From Nitrospinales bacterium (lineage in GTDB: Bacteria; Nitrospinota; Nitrospinia; Nitrospinales; VA-1): 64,000 nt of DNA. The position numbers were made by a program, and so were the translations under genes. Below, in pieces: positions 1 to 8,757 of the stretch. The DNA is taken from positions 7,025 through 71,024 of the forward strand of contig JBLFWU010000008.1 of the NCBI GenBank assembly GCA_047610985.1. Reading direction: 5' to 3'. The notes beneath the pieces were generated by a model. The model saw nothing but the letters and a program-made list of their open reading frames with translations, was not told where the DNA came from and ran no database searches. Within the stretch, counting starts at the first letter, position 1. Each line of letters starts with the position of its first letter.

Positions 1-1
1 A

Positions 2-1219
2 GTTCCCCTGGCGATCACCGAATTCGTGTTTAAGGGCGGTGGGTCTGATGCTAGAGGGATGGGTAAAGAAGCAAGAAGTATCCTGGAAAAAGATTTGCGT
101 CTGTCAGAGCTATTTTTTCCCTTGAGAAAACCCGTTTTTGAAGAATTGGAGGAAATGGAGAAGTCTGGCTCTGAAGTGGATTACAGAAGCTGGAGGCAGG
201 TCGGAGCACAATGGGTCATTAAAACCGAATATAGAATGATATCGAAAGGAAGAGGGCAAGTTTTCACTTTTCGTCTTTACGATGCCGTAAATAAAAGGTT
301 CATTTTAGGTAAGCGTTACAAGGCTTCGCCACAATTGCTTCGCAAAGTGGTGCACCGGTTTGCTGATGAGGTGGTGTCGCAATTGACAGGAAAACGTGGC
401 ATTGCCGAAACACAGGTAACTTTCCTGGCGCAAGAAGAGGGTGGCAAGGAAGTGTATCTTATTGATTTTGATGGCTACAATTTGCGGAGATTGACCCGCG
501 ATAATACTGTTAATTTAAGCCCCGCCTGGTCGCCAGATGGGAATTGGATTGTCTACACTTCTTATGCCGCGAATAATCCAGATTTAATTATGATCGATAC
601 TGCAGGTGAAAAACGCCAAACTCTGAATCGTTTGCCAGGGTTGAATGCTGCGCCAGCATGGTCTCCGGATATGCAAAAGATCGCTTTAGTTTTAAGCCGG
701 GATCAAAATTCCGAAATTTATCTTTTAAAGAAAAACAGGAAGCTACATCGTTTGACGCGTCACTTTAATATTGATACATCGCCCACCTGGTCTCCCGATG
801 GAAAAAAAATTGCGTTTACTTCAGATCGTTCGGGAACCGGTGCGCCACAAATTTATATTATGGATGCCGAAAAGGGAGATAACGGAAAAGTGACTCGTAT
901 TTCATTTGGTTCCTCTTATAATGACAATCCATCCTGGTCCCCCAATGGCGATAAAATCGCCTACACTTCGCGCGTGGGTAAGAGATTTCAAATCAGCGTA
1001 TATGATTTAAATACACATAAAAGCCAAGTTGTGACAATAAATGCAGGCAGTGCTGAGCAACCCAGTTGGTCTCCTGATGGCCGTTTTATCGTTTATCGCA
1101 AGCGGGTAAATGGTAACTTTAACATTTTCATCAAGCGTCTGGGTGGTGACCGAGTTCGGCAACTGACCTTCTCAGGAAAAAGCCACAGTCCCTCCTGGTC
1201 TCCTTATTTTAAGCACTAA
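2..1219 (+). CDS. tolB: TolB periplasmic beta-propeller protein (5'-truncated by window edge)
   Basis: The frame is open from nt 2, so the listed start at 26 is only the first in-window start codon. Repeated propeller-blade motif SPxWSPDG (LSPAWSPDGNWIVY, TSPTWSPDGKKIAF, NPSWSPNGDKIAY, QPSWSPDGRFIVY). The next gene is pal. Confidence 0.9.
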   Translation, partial: VPLAITEFVFKGGGSDARGMGKEARSILEKDLRLSELFFPLRKPVFEELEEMEKSGSEVDYRSWRQVGAQWVIKTEYRMISKGRGQVFTFRLYDAVNKRFILGKRYKASPQLLRKVVHRFADEVVSQLTGKRGIAETQVTFLAQEEGGKEVYLIDFDGYNLRRLTRDNTVNLSPAWSPDGNWIVYTSYAANNPDLIMIDTAGEKRQTLNRLPGLNAAPAWSPDMQKIALVLSRDQNSEIYLLKKNRKLHRLTRHFNIDTSPTWSPDGKKIAFTSDRSGTGAPQIYIMDAEKGDNGKVTRISFGSSYNDNPSWSPNGDKIAYTSRVGKRFQISVYDLNTHKSQVVTINAGSAEQPSWSPDGRFIVYRKRVNGNFNIFIKRLGGDRVRQLTFSGKSHSPSWSPYFKH

Positions 1220-1530
1220 GCCTCGAAATTCTGAAAAAAATGTTGTCAGGTGGAAAAGTTTCGGTTACCATTTATATATACCGCTAAAAAAGACTATTGG
1301 CTTTAAAATCAAGACCTTTGGAAATTCGCAGGTTATGGAATATTTATAAAATATCTATAATATTTGTTGTTATTTAAGCATAATTATATGATAATACCTC
1401 CATACCAAATTTTTATAACAGCAATAAATTCTGAAGTTTAATTCCTTTTGGAGAGCTTTTGTGCTTAAGGGGATTTTATACAGTTATTTTTTTAGACTTA
1501 ATCGGGGACAACTTTAGGCGAGGTTATTAT

Positions 1531-2313
1531 ATGAATAAATTTAATTGGAAAATGGTAGTTGCAGCAGTTTTAATGATGTTTTTGTCCACGGCATGTTCAA
1601 AGAAACTCATGCCCCCTGAAATCGAAACATCAAGTGGTGGAGTAGAAAGTTCTGACTTTACCGCATCCAACGGAACCTCATCTGAGGACAATGCATTCGG
1701 TGGTTCGGGTGGTCCTGGCGATTCTGGGTTTTTTAGCGAAGAGCCAGTTCTCGAAAGCTCCAACTTTTCCAGTGGTAGTGCTGGTAATGGTGATTCTGGT
1801 ATGATGGCAGGCGGTTCAGCCACGGGTCCTGATGGAGCCGATGGCTCTTCAATGGACGGTTTTGGTTCATCCAACCGAGCTGATATTGGCAATGGTTCGT
1901 CTGGTTCCTTTAACGCTAATCCTTTTGATGGTGGAGATAGTGGAACCCAAGAGGCTCGACTAAAATCTTTCCATGCTACCGCGGATCTCAAGGATATCCA
2001 TTTCAACTTTGATCAATATGATCTCGACAGCAATACCAAAAAAGTGCTCGAAGAGAATGCAACCTTCCTAAAGAGCAACCCAGATATGAGGGTTGAAATC
2101 CAGGGACATTGTGACGAGAGAGGTACCAATAACTATAATATCGCTCTTGGCGAACGTCGGGCTCACTCCACAAAGAAGTATCTAGTGTCTCAAGGGGTTG
2201 CTTCGAGTCGGGTGAATATTATCAGCTATGGTGAAGAGAAACCTTTCTGCTCTGACAGCAATGAAAACTGCTGGTTCCAAAACAGAAGAGCGCATTTCAT
2301 GGTAGCAAGATAA
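1531..2313 (+). CDS. pal: Peptidoglycan-associated lipoprotein Pal (OmpA-like C-terminal domain) with long Gly/Ser/Asp-rich linker
   Basis: Start moved to ATG 1531 (MNKFNWK...), preceded by AGGCGAGG. Signal peptide with lipobox LSTAC. C-terminal OmpA-type domain (NFDQYDL, RVEIQGHCDERGTNNYNIALGERRA). Sits in tolB-pal order. Confidence 0.85.
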   Translation: MNKFNWKMVVAAVLMMFLSTACSKKLMPPEIETSSGGVESSDFTASNGTSSEDNAFGGSGGPGDSGFFSEEPVLESSNFSSGSAGNGDSGMMAGGSATGPDGADGSSMDGFGSSNRADIGNGSSGSFNANPFDGGDSGTQEARLKSFHATADLKDIHFNFDQYDLDSNTKKVLEENATFLKSNPDMRVEIQGHCDERGTNNYNIALGERRAHSTKKYLVSQGVASSRVNIISYGEEKPFCSDSNENCWFQNRRAHFMVAR

Positions 2314-2350
2314 CTGAGTTTATCGGTTTGTAATAATTCGTATATAATAG

Positions 2351-2387
2351 GCCGCACTGGGTTAACTCCCGGTGCGGCTTTTTTTTT
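2351..2387 (+). terminator. Rho-independent terminator after pal
   Basis: Stem gccgcactggg (2351-2361) pairs with cccggtgcggc (2368-2378), with one G-T pair. It is followed by a T9 run at 2379-2387. Confidence 0.8.
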
Positions 2388-2440
2388 AACGAATCTCGTA
2401 ATAAACGGTTTCCGATGCTATGGGGAAAAGAGTAAAACTT

Positions 2441-3793
2441 ATGAAATCCATTAAATCGTCTATCCTCTTCCTTTTGTTTTTATCAGTTATGCTGATACCC
2501 CTGAATGCATCGGCGCAATTGTTTGGTTCTGACGATGAGAAATGGGAAAAAGTTTTTATAGGTTTAAAAAAAATTAACTCTCGCCTGGTAAGGCTCGAGA
2601 CTTCTGAGATGGTAAGCTTGAGGCATCAGCTTGAAGATTTATTACGCCAGATAGAAGAAGTTAAACAAACCCTCCCACAATTGCAGGGGTCCGTTGAGTT
2701 GAATAAATCGGAGACCCTGTCCAATTTATCTAAAATTAGATCCCAAGTAAGCGATCTAGAAGCTGAAGTCAAACATCAGGTGCTGGCAAAAATAGATAAA
2801 CAAAGTAATATCCTTGATCGTTTTCAGAAAGACCAGACCAGTTTAAAGAAAGGGTTGGCTCAAGATATAGAACAATTCGAAAAGATGAACAAAGAAAACT
2901 TTCAAAGTTTTGCCTCAGCGAATAGAAGCACATTAGAAATAGTCGTGCAAAGATTGGCAGCTCTGGATGAGACAACAAAAAAGAGTTTTGAAGATACTAA
3001 GGGGCTTTTTATAACTGATGTTATTCCTGCCATGGCCAAGGAAAACCTCGATAACAGAAAAGCAATTCTAGAAGATCTTTCGAAATCGCGTGAGACCAGC
3101 GAAAATGCATTGGCGGGGCTGTCTGAAAAAAGCAAAATGTTGGTCGATATTCTTGGGGAAAACTTAAAGCAAGGTGTGGAGACAAAAGAACAGATTGCAT
3201 CCATCAATGAAACTCTTGTTGCAGCTAATAATAATTTGGCGGTTAACAATAAAAACTTGATGGTTGCAGATCAAAAAATTAACAAATTAGCTGAGACCTT
3301 AAAGGCCCTTCGGGTGCAAAATGCTGCATCCAGTGAAACTCTTGTAGTATTGAAAAAAGGTTTAATTGAAGGAGGAGAGTTTGATCGGTTAGCAGATGAA
3401 AAGATTAATAAGCTCGTTGAGAACTCTGCGCAGCTGATTGCAAATGCGAACAAACTCGAGGAGTCTGTGCTCGGTGAATTGAAACAGTCCTCGCAGAAAG
3501 AAGATTCAAATCTGGATAAAATCAATCTGGCTAATGAAAAACTTTCGCGCTTAATTGAGATTTTAAAAGCGATGGCAATTGAACAAGGCAAGTTAAGCCA
3601 GGTGGTAAAGGCTCAAACTGCAATGAGCAAGGCACAGGCGGGATTGGTGAAAAATCATGAAAGTATTAGGAAAGCTCTTGCTGACTTGCGCAACAAAGCA
3701 AATGTAAATATTTCTAGAAATGAAGACATTACGAAAGTTTTAGGAAAGCTCGAAAAGAATAATTCAGGTGCTTCTTCAAAGTCCGAGAAATAA
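2441..3793 (+). CDS. Secreted all-coiled-coil protein of unknown function, in the position usually held by cpoB/ybgF
   Basis: N-terminal signal-like segment MKSIKSSILFLLFLSVMLIPLNASA. The rest is heptad-like and rich in Lys/Glu/Leu/Asn/Gln, with no TPR motifs visible. An alternative start at 2420 is possible. Confidence 0.6.
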   Translation: MKSIKSSILFLLFLSVMLIPLNASAQLFGSDDEKWEKVFIGLKKINSRLVRLETSEMVSLRHQLEDLLRQIEEVKQTLPQLQGSVELNKSETLSNLSKIRSQVSDLEAEVKHQVLAKIDKQSNILDRFQKDQTSLKKGLAQDIEQFEKMNKENFQSFASANRSTLEIVVQRLAALDETTKKSFEDTKGLFITDVIPAMAKENLDNRKAILEDLSKSRETSENALAGLSEKSKMLVDILGENLKQGVETKEQIASINETLVAANNNLAVNNKNLMVADQKINKLAETLKALRVQNAASSETLVVLKKGLIEGGEFDRLADEKINKLVENSAQLIANANKLEESVLGELKQSSQKEDSNLDKINLANEKLSRLIEILKAMAIEQGKLSQVVKAQTAMSKAQAGLVKNHESIRKALADLRNKANVNISRNEDITKVLGKLEKNNSGASSKSEK

Positions 3794-3884
3794 GCGAAGA
3801 ATCAATAAACAGCCTTACCGGGTTCTACTATTAAGGCTCCCTATTTTTAGCCGAGAATTTATTCGGTGTGGATAATCTCTCTCA

Positions 3885-5246
3885 ATGGCAAAAGCAACTA
3901 CCATTTTCAGCTGTCAAAAATGTGGCCATCAGGCTCCGAAATGGTTGGGTAGATGTCCCGAATGTAGTTCATGGAATAGTTTTGCCGAAGAGAGCCATCA
4001 ACCCATATCTTCAAAATCGCGGCATAAAACAAAATCCCCCCCCCCTTCTCCAATAACTAAAGTCCAATCTGTTCAGGAAAACCGTATGACCACAGGCATC
4101 GGTGAGTTTGACCGGGTTCTGGGGGGCGGCATGGTTGAAGGATCGCTTATACTTATTGGCGGTGAACCCGGTATAGGAAAGTCAACTCTTGTCTTGCAAA
4201 GTATGGGGCATCTCGCAAAGTTGGGAAAGAATGTTCTTTATGTTTCTGGAGAAGAATCGGGTTCGCAGATCAAATTGCGCGCAGAGAGGTTAGATGCTCT
4301 TTCCGATAACCTTTTGATCTGTTCCGAAATTTGCATTGAAAGCATTATCAAATGGATTGATAAAATTCAGCCCGATGTTTTGGTTCTGGACTCTGTACAA
4401 ACCTTTTATACGGAAGACTTGCAGTCGGCTCCGGGCAGCATTGGTCAGGTTCGTGAAGTCGCATTTAAAATTTTCCAGGAAATTAAACATCGAAACCTTC
4501 CTACACTTTTGATCGGTCATATAAATAAAGACGGCGCAATTGCTGGTCCCAAATCGCTGGAGCATATTGTGGACACAGTAGTATACTTCGAAGGCGAACA
4601 GGGACATGCTTATCGAGCTTTACGAGCCATAAAAAATAGATTTGGTCCAACTCCTGAAATCGGAGTATTTCAAATGGCACCTACGGGATTAGTTCCCGTC
4701 GAGAATCCTTCAGAGTGGTTTTTAGCAGAACGGCCCGAGGATTCTGCTGGATCGGCTATCGTTGCAACGTTAGAGGGAAGCCGTACCCTATTGGTTGAAG
4801 TGCAGGCACTAGTAACCACTTCATCTTCTATCGGTATGCCACGACGAATGGCAACGGGATTTGACCACAATCGCATGTCCCTTCTGATTGCTATTATGGA
4901 AAAGAGGTTAGGAATGAACCTTCAGGGAGAGGATATTTTTGTAAACCTTGCAGGGGGTATTAAGATCACAGAACCCGCTTTGGATCTGGGAGTGGCAGCA
5001 GCTATTGCAAGCAGCTTTCAAAATCGCCCCATCGACCCAGAATTGGTGTTGTTGGGAGAAGTAGGTTTAACTGGCGAAGTTCGTACCGTTATGCAGCTTG
5101 ATGCCCGATTGATTGAAGCGCGAAGATTGGGATTCAAACGTTGCATTGTTCCGAATTCGGCCAAAAAGACAAGAAATCTTTTGACTGATGGTATTGATAT
5201 TAGTTTTGCAAAAAACCTGTCAGAAGTTTTTGAACAAATTTTTTAA
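3885..5246 (+). CDS. radA: DNA repair protein RadA/Sms
   Basis: Zn ribbon CQKCGH...CPECSSW, Walker A GGEPGIGKST, KNRFG motif, and a Lon-protease-like C-terminal domain. Confidence 0.95.
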   Translation: MAKATTIFSCQKCGHQAPKWLGRCPECSSWNSFAEESHQPISSKSRHKTKSPPPSPITKVQSVQENRMTTGIGEFDRVLGGGMVEGSLILIGGEPGIGKSTLVLQSMGHLAKLGKNVLYVSGEESGSQIKLRAERLDALSDNLLICSEICIESIIKWIDKIQPDVLVLDSVQTFYTEDLQSAPGSIGQVREVAFKIFQEIKHRNLPTLLIGHINKDGAIAGPKSLEHIVDTVVYFEGEQGHAYRALRAIKNRFGPTPEIGVFQMAPTGLVPVENPSEWFLAERPEDSAGSAIVATLEGSRTLLVEVQALVTTSSSIGMPRRMATGFDHNRMSLLIAIMEKRLGMNLQGEDIFVNLAGGIKITEPALDLGVAAAIASSFQNRPIDPELVLLGEVGLTGEVRTVMQLDARLIEARRLGFKRCIVPNSAKKTRNLLTDGIDISFAKNLSEVFEQIF

Positions 5247-5258
5247 TGGGATTTTTCG

Positions 5259-5951
5259 ATGAGTGTTTGCGCGGTGGTGCCAGCAGGAGGGGCGGGAACT
5301 CGTATGGGAGGAACTGTTCCCAAACAGTTTCAAGAGTTGAGTGGAAAACCTATCCTCTATTACACACTTAAAACACTCCAAAATTGTGGCCTCATTTCCG
5401 AGTTGATTCTAGTGGTGCCAGAAAAAGAATATGACAAGGCCTGCGTTGATTGGCTGGGTAAGCCCGAAATCGTAACAAAAGTTGTTATAGGGGGCGAAAA
5501 AAGACAAGACTCCGTCTATAACGGGTTTTGTGAGGTTTCTCCGCAAACAGAAATTGTATTAGTGCATGATGGCGTACGGCCTTTTTTATCGCATCGAATG
5601 ATTCAGGAATCAGTCGATGTGGCCAGAGAATATGGCGCAGCTATCACCGCAATTCCAGTACATGATACGATAAAAAGGGTAGATGCTTCTGGTTTGGTTT
5701 CGCAGACAGTTGATCGGGAGGGCTTGTGGAGAGTCCAAACCCCTCAGGTGTTTCGTTATGAACTTTTGCAAGAGGCATTCAAAAAAGCGAATTCCGAAAA
5801 ATTTTATGGAACCGATGAAGGCACCTTGATAGAGCACCTTGGAAAGCCAGTAAAGGTTGTTGAAGGTTCGGAACAAAATATAAAAATCACACGACCTGAA
5901 GATCTTGGGCTGAGCGAAATTTTTATTTCCAAGGCCTTTCCAGGAAATTAG
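5259..5951 (+). CDS. ispD: 2-C-methyl-D-erythritol 4-phosphate cytidylyltransferase
   Basis: N-terminal AVVPAGGAGTRMG...PKQF motif, VLVHDGVRPF, and typical length (230 aa). Confidence 0.9.
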   Translation: MSVCAVVPAGGAGTRMGGTVPKQFQELSGKPILYYTLKTLQNCGLISELILVVPEKEYDKACVDWLGKPEIVTKVVIGGEKRQDSVYNGFCEVSPQTEIVLVHDGVRPFLSHRMIQESVDVAREYGAAITAIPVHDTIKRVDASGLVSQTVDREGLWRVQTPQVFRYELLQEAFKKANSEKFYGTDEGTLIEHLGKPVKVVEGSEQNIKITRPEDLGLSEIFISKAFPGN

Positions 5952-6044
5952 ACCTCTCTAAAATAAAATGCTTCTAAAATAAAAATTAGGCATCTAAAAT
6001 TTAAAGCTATAAACAAAATCTTAAATTAAATCAGGAGAAATATA

Positions 6045-6482
6045 ATGCTGCAACCTGGAACCGAAGCGCCCGCTTTTTCTGTAAATGATCATAATGGCAA
6101 TTCGATAAACTTAAAGGATTATCTAGGGAAAAAAATAGTGCTATGGTTTTACCCCAAGGCGGATACCCCAGGGTGTACGATGGAAGGCCAGGGGTTTCGC
6201 GATGATTTTAAGAAGTTTGAGGAGAAAGGGATTCAAGTTTTCGGGGTGAGTCTGGACAATGAAAAAGACAATAAAGCCTTTGCTGAAAAGTATTCATTTT
6301 CTTATCCCTTACTCTGTGATGTGAAAAAAGATATTGCTTTGGCTTACCAGGCTATTAAAAGTGCCGATGACCAATATGCAGCTCGAATTAGTTATGTGAT
6401 TGGTGAAGATGGGAAAATATTGGAAAGTATTGAAAGTGTCGATACCAAAAACCATTCAAATGATTTGTGTTCTCGATATTAA
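6045..6482 (+). CDS. bcp: Thiol peroxidase / peroxiredoxin, Bcp type
   Basis: AhpC/TSA fold with active-site FYPKADTPGCT; 145 aa. Confidence 0.85.
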   Translation: MLQPGTEAPAFSVNDHNGNSINLKDYLGKKIVLWFYPKADTPGCTMEGQGFRDDFKKFEEKGIQVFGVSLDNEKDNKAFAEKYSFSYPLLCDVKKDIALAYQAIKSADDQYAARISYVIGEDGKILESIESVDTKNHSNDLCSRY

Positions 6483-6523
6483 AATAGCTGTGTTTTTAGC
6501 ATTTAACTGTAGTGGAGTGAGCT

Positions 6524-7621
6524 ATGGCTTATAAGGATACCCTGATTCCGGAACCTCTCGATGATGGCCAGAAAAAGGAAAAAAAAGAAATTCTTCATAA
6601 GAGAATTTCTCCGGTCAATTTTGAAGATATAAATGATGTCGGGGATCTGGTTGAATCTTTTCAGTCGGCTTCGATTCAGGCGAGGAACCTCGGTCAGTGC
6701 GCCCAGATATTTGGGAAAATGCTTCAAGATGACGAGCGTCCAACCATAATGCTGGGTCTCGCGGGACCGCTGATTGCTGCAGGGTTGAGGAAGGTGATCC
6801 GCGATATGGTTCATTACAATATGGTCGATGTCATCGTGTCAACGGGAGCGGTTCTCTATCAGGATTATTATAATGCTCTGGGTGGCGGTCATTATTATGG
6901 AAGTCCTACTGCTGATGATGCAAAACTTCGCGAACTTTTTATTGATCGTATTTATGATACATATGTCGATGATGAACTATTTGTTGATGATGATATGCTG
7001 ATTGGGGAGTTTGCCGATAAGCTGGAACCGAGAAACTATTCCAGCCGCGAATTCATTTCTCTTCTTTCTGATACGATTGACGATGAAGAGTCAATTCTGG
7101 TGACGGCTCGTAAAAATAATATTCCAATTTTTTGCCCTGCTCTAAACGATTCGAGTATAGGAATTGGACTTACCGAGCATTATTACAACTGTCGCAAAGA
7201 AGGGCGAAAACCTATTACCATCGATTCCATCCGCGATAATTATGAGCTCACTCAAATTGTTGTGAATTCATCACGGACTTCGGCATTTTATGTGGCAGGT
7301 GGTGTGCCGAAAAACTATATTAATGATTCAGTTGTTATGGCTTATATTTTTGGCAAGGATACTGGAGGCCATAAATACGCGGTACAAGTGACTACTGATT
7401 CGCCACATTGGGGTGGATTGAGTGGCAGTACGCTTGGCGAGGCGCAATCATGGGGAAAGGTCAATAAAGAGGCGAGCCATAGTATGGCATTTGTAGAGCC
7501 CAGCGTTTCTTTGCCTTTGATCTACGGTCATGCTTTTCAAAAAGGTCTATATAAAGGAAGGTCTAGATTGAAGTATGAGTGGGAAGGGGATACCCTTAAG
7601 AAAATGACAGCTGACGGTTAA
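6524..7621 (+). CDS. Deoxyhypusine synthase family protein (bacterial homologue)
   Basis: The 365-aa protein has DHS-like blocks (LAGPLIAAGLRKVIRDMVHYNMVDVIVSTGA, VAGGVPKNYI, WGGLSGSTLGEAQSWGK). The family call is from memory of DHS sequences. Confidence 0.7.
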   Translation: MAYKDTLIPEPLDDGQKKEKKEILHKRISPVNFEDINDVGDLVESFQSASIQARNLGQCAQIFGKMLQDDERPTIMLGLAGPLIAAGLRKVIRDMVHYNMVDVIVSTGAVLYQDYYNALGGGHYYGSPTADDAKLRELFIDRIYDTYVDDELFVDDDMLIGEFADKLEPRNYSSREFISLLSDTIDDEESILVTARKNNIPIFCPALNDSSIGIGLTEHYYNCRKEGRKPITIDSIRDNYELTQIVVNSSRTSAFYVAGGVPKNYINDSVVMAYIFGKDTGGHKYAVQVTTDSPHWGGLSGSTLGEAQSWGKVNKEASHSMAFVEPSVSLPLIYGHAFQKGLYKGRSRLKYEWEGDTLKKMTADG

Positions 7622-8757
7622 TTGTGTTTCGCGAATTCATCATTCAGATCTAGAAAAATCCTTGCTCTATCAATTTGAGGAATCGCCTCTAGTCGCGATT
7701 TAACTTCATTGATTCGTTTTTGAACTCCTTCCATCTCTTGGTGACCCTCCATTTGCAGGAATACATCTAATAAAATCTTTCCCTTGATATGGTGAGTGCG
7801 AATTTCAGGGTCCGATTTTACTCCGCGCATATTTTTAAAAACTGGTTTCGTGATTTCAATCAATTCTTTTCGCGTCAGGGGATAAAGATTTTCGACCTCG
7901 GCATCGAGTTCTCCATCTACATGAACGAGAACATCCTGCACATTGTCAAAGGCTTTTATCACATTTCTTCTTACCACTTCTGCAACACCATGGCCTTCTG
8001 TAACGGTCATTTCCGGGTCAACCAAAATATGAACATCTATGAGGATTTCTCCGCCAATGGTGCGTGAGCGTAAATCATGAAAATGAATGACTTCAGGTAT
8101 TTCGTTCAAGATGGCGAAGATTTTTTTGGTGTGCTCTTCACTTAATGCGGTGTCCATTAAATCCCGAAAACCTTCACGTGAAAAATCATAACCTACCTTG
8201 CAGACCATTAAGCCGACCAAGCCTCCTGCAAGTGGATCCATAATGGCAATGCCGTTCCACGCTCCTAGAATACCGATAAATGCTGCAATGGATGAAATCG
8301 CATCGGTGCGATGGTGCCAGGCATTTGCGATCAGAGAGGGACTCTTTGAGGTTTCGCCAATTTTGCGAGTGTAGCGGTATAGACCTTCATTAATAAGGAC
8401 AGAAAGAATTGCAATGGTGGCAGCTAATCCACCTGGTTCTTTCTCTACGCTCTGGGTTATCGTCTCCCAGGCTTCATAGGCCACTCCTAACCCCGTGATA
8501 ATAATCAGCAGTCCTACCACTGTTGTGCCAATGGTCTCGGCTCGCCCATGGCCATAGGGATGATTTTTATCAGGCGGTAGTTGCCCCACGCCATGAGAGA
8601 AATAAACAACCGCGTCAGTAATGAGATCGGATAAGGAATGGAAGGCATCTGCAACTAGGGCCATGCTGTTGCCAAAAACTCCTCCGGCAAACTTAATAAG
8701 TGAAAGGAAGAGGTTGGCGATGGCTCCTACGGCAATGGCTTTGGTTCCAGGTGTCAT
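7618..8757 (-). CDS. Cation diffusion facilitator (CDF) family metal efflux transporter with an extra C-terminal domain
   Basis: Six predicted TM helices with metal-site motifs (HSLSDLITD, WHHRTDAISS). A cytoplasmic CTD is followed by a second CTD-like segment. Confidence 0.85.
   Translation of the reverse strand: MTPGTKAIAVGAIANLFLSLIKFAGGVFGNSMALVADAFHSLSDLITDAVVYFSHGVGQLPPDKNHPYGHGRAETIGTTVVGLLIIITGLGVAYEAWETITQSVEKEPGGLAATIAILSVLINEGLYRYTRKIGETSKSPSLIANAWHHRTDAISSIAAFIGILGAWNGIAIMDPLAGGLVGLMVCKVGYDFSREGFRDLMDTALSEEHTKKIFAILNEIPEVIHFHDLRSRTIGGEILIDVHILVDPEMTVTEGHGVAEVVRRNVIKAFDNVQDVLVHVDGELDAEVENLYPLTRKELIEITKPVFKNMRGVKSDPEIRTHHIKGKILLDVFLQMEGHQEMEGVQKRINEVKSRLEAIPQIDRARIFLDLNDEFAKHN

Noticed and set aside
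1527-2006. A 159-aa minus-strand ORF antisense to pal
   Set aside because: It lies entirely within the low-complexity Gly/Ser-coding part of pal and is Pro/Ser/Glu-rich, as expected of a mirror frame. It is a shadow ORF.
3868-4056. A 62-aa alternative-frame ORF overlapping the radA 5' region
   Set aside because: It is an out-of-frame overlap with radA and has no independent signals. It matters only as the frame entered after slippage in the C10 tract.
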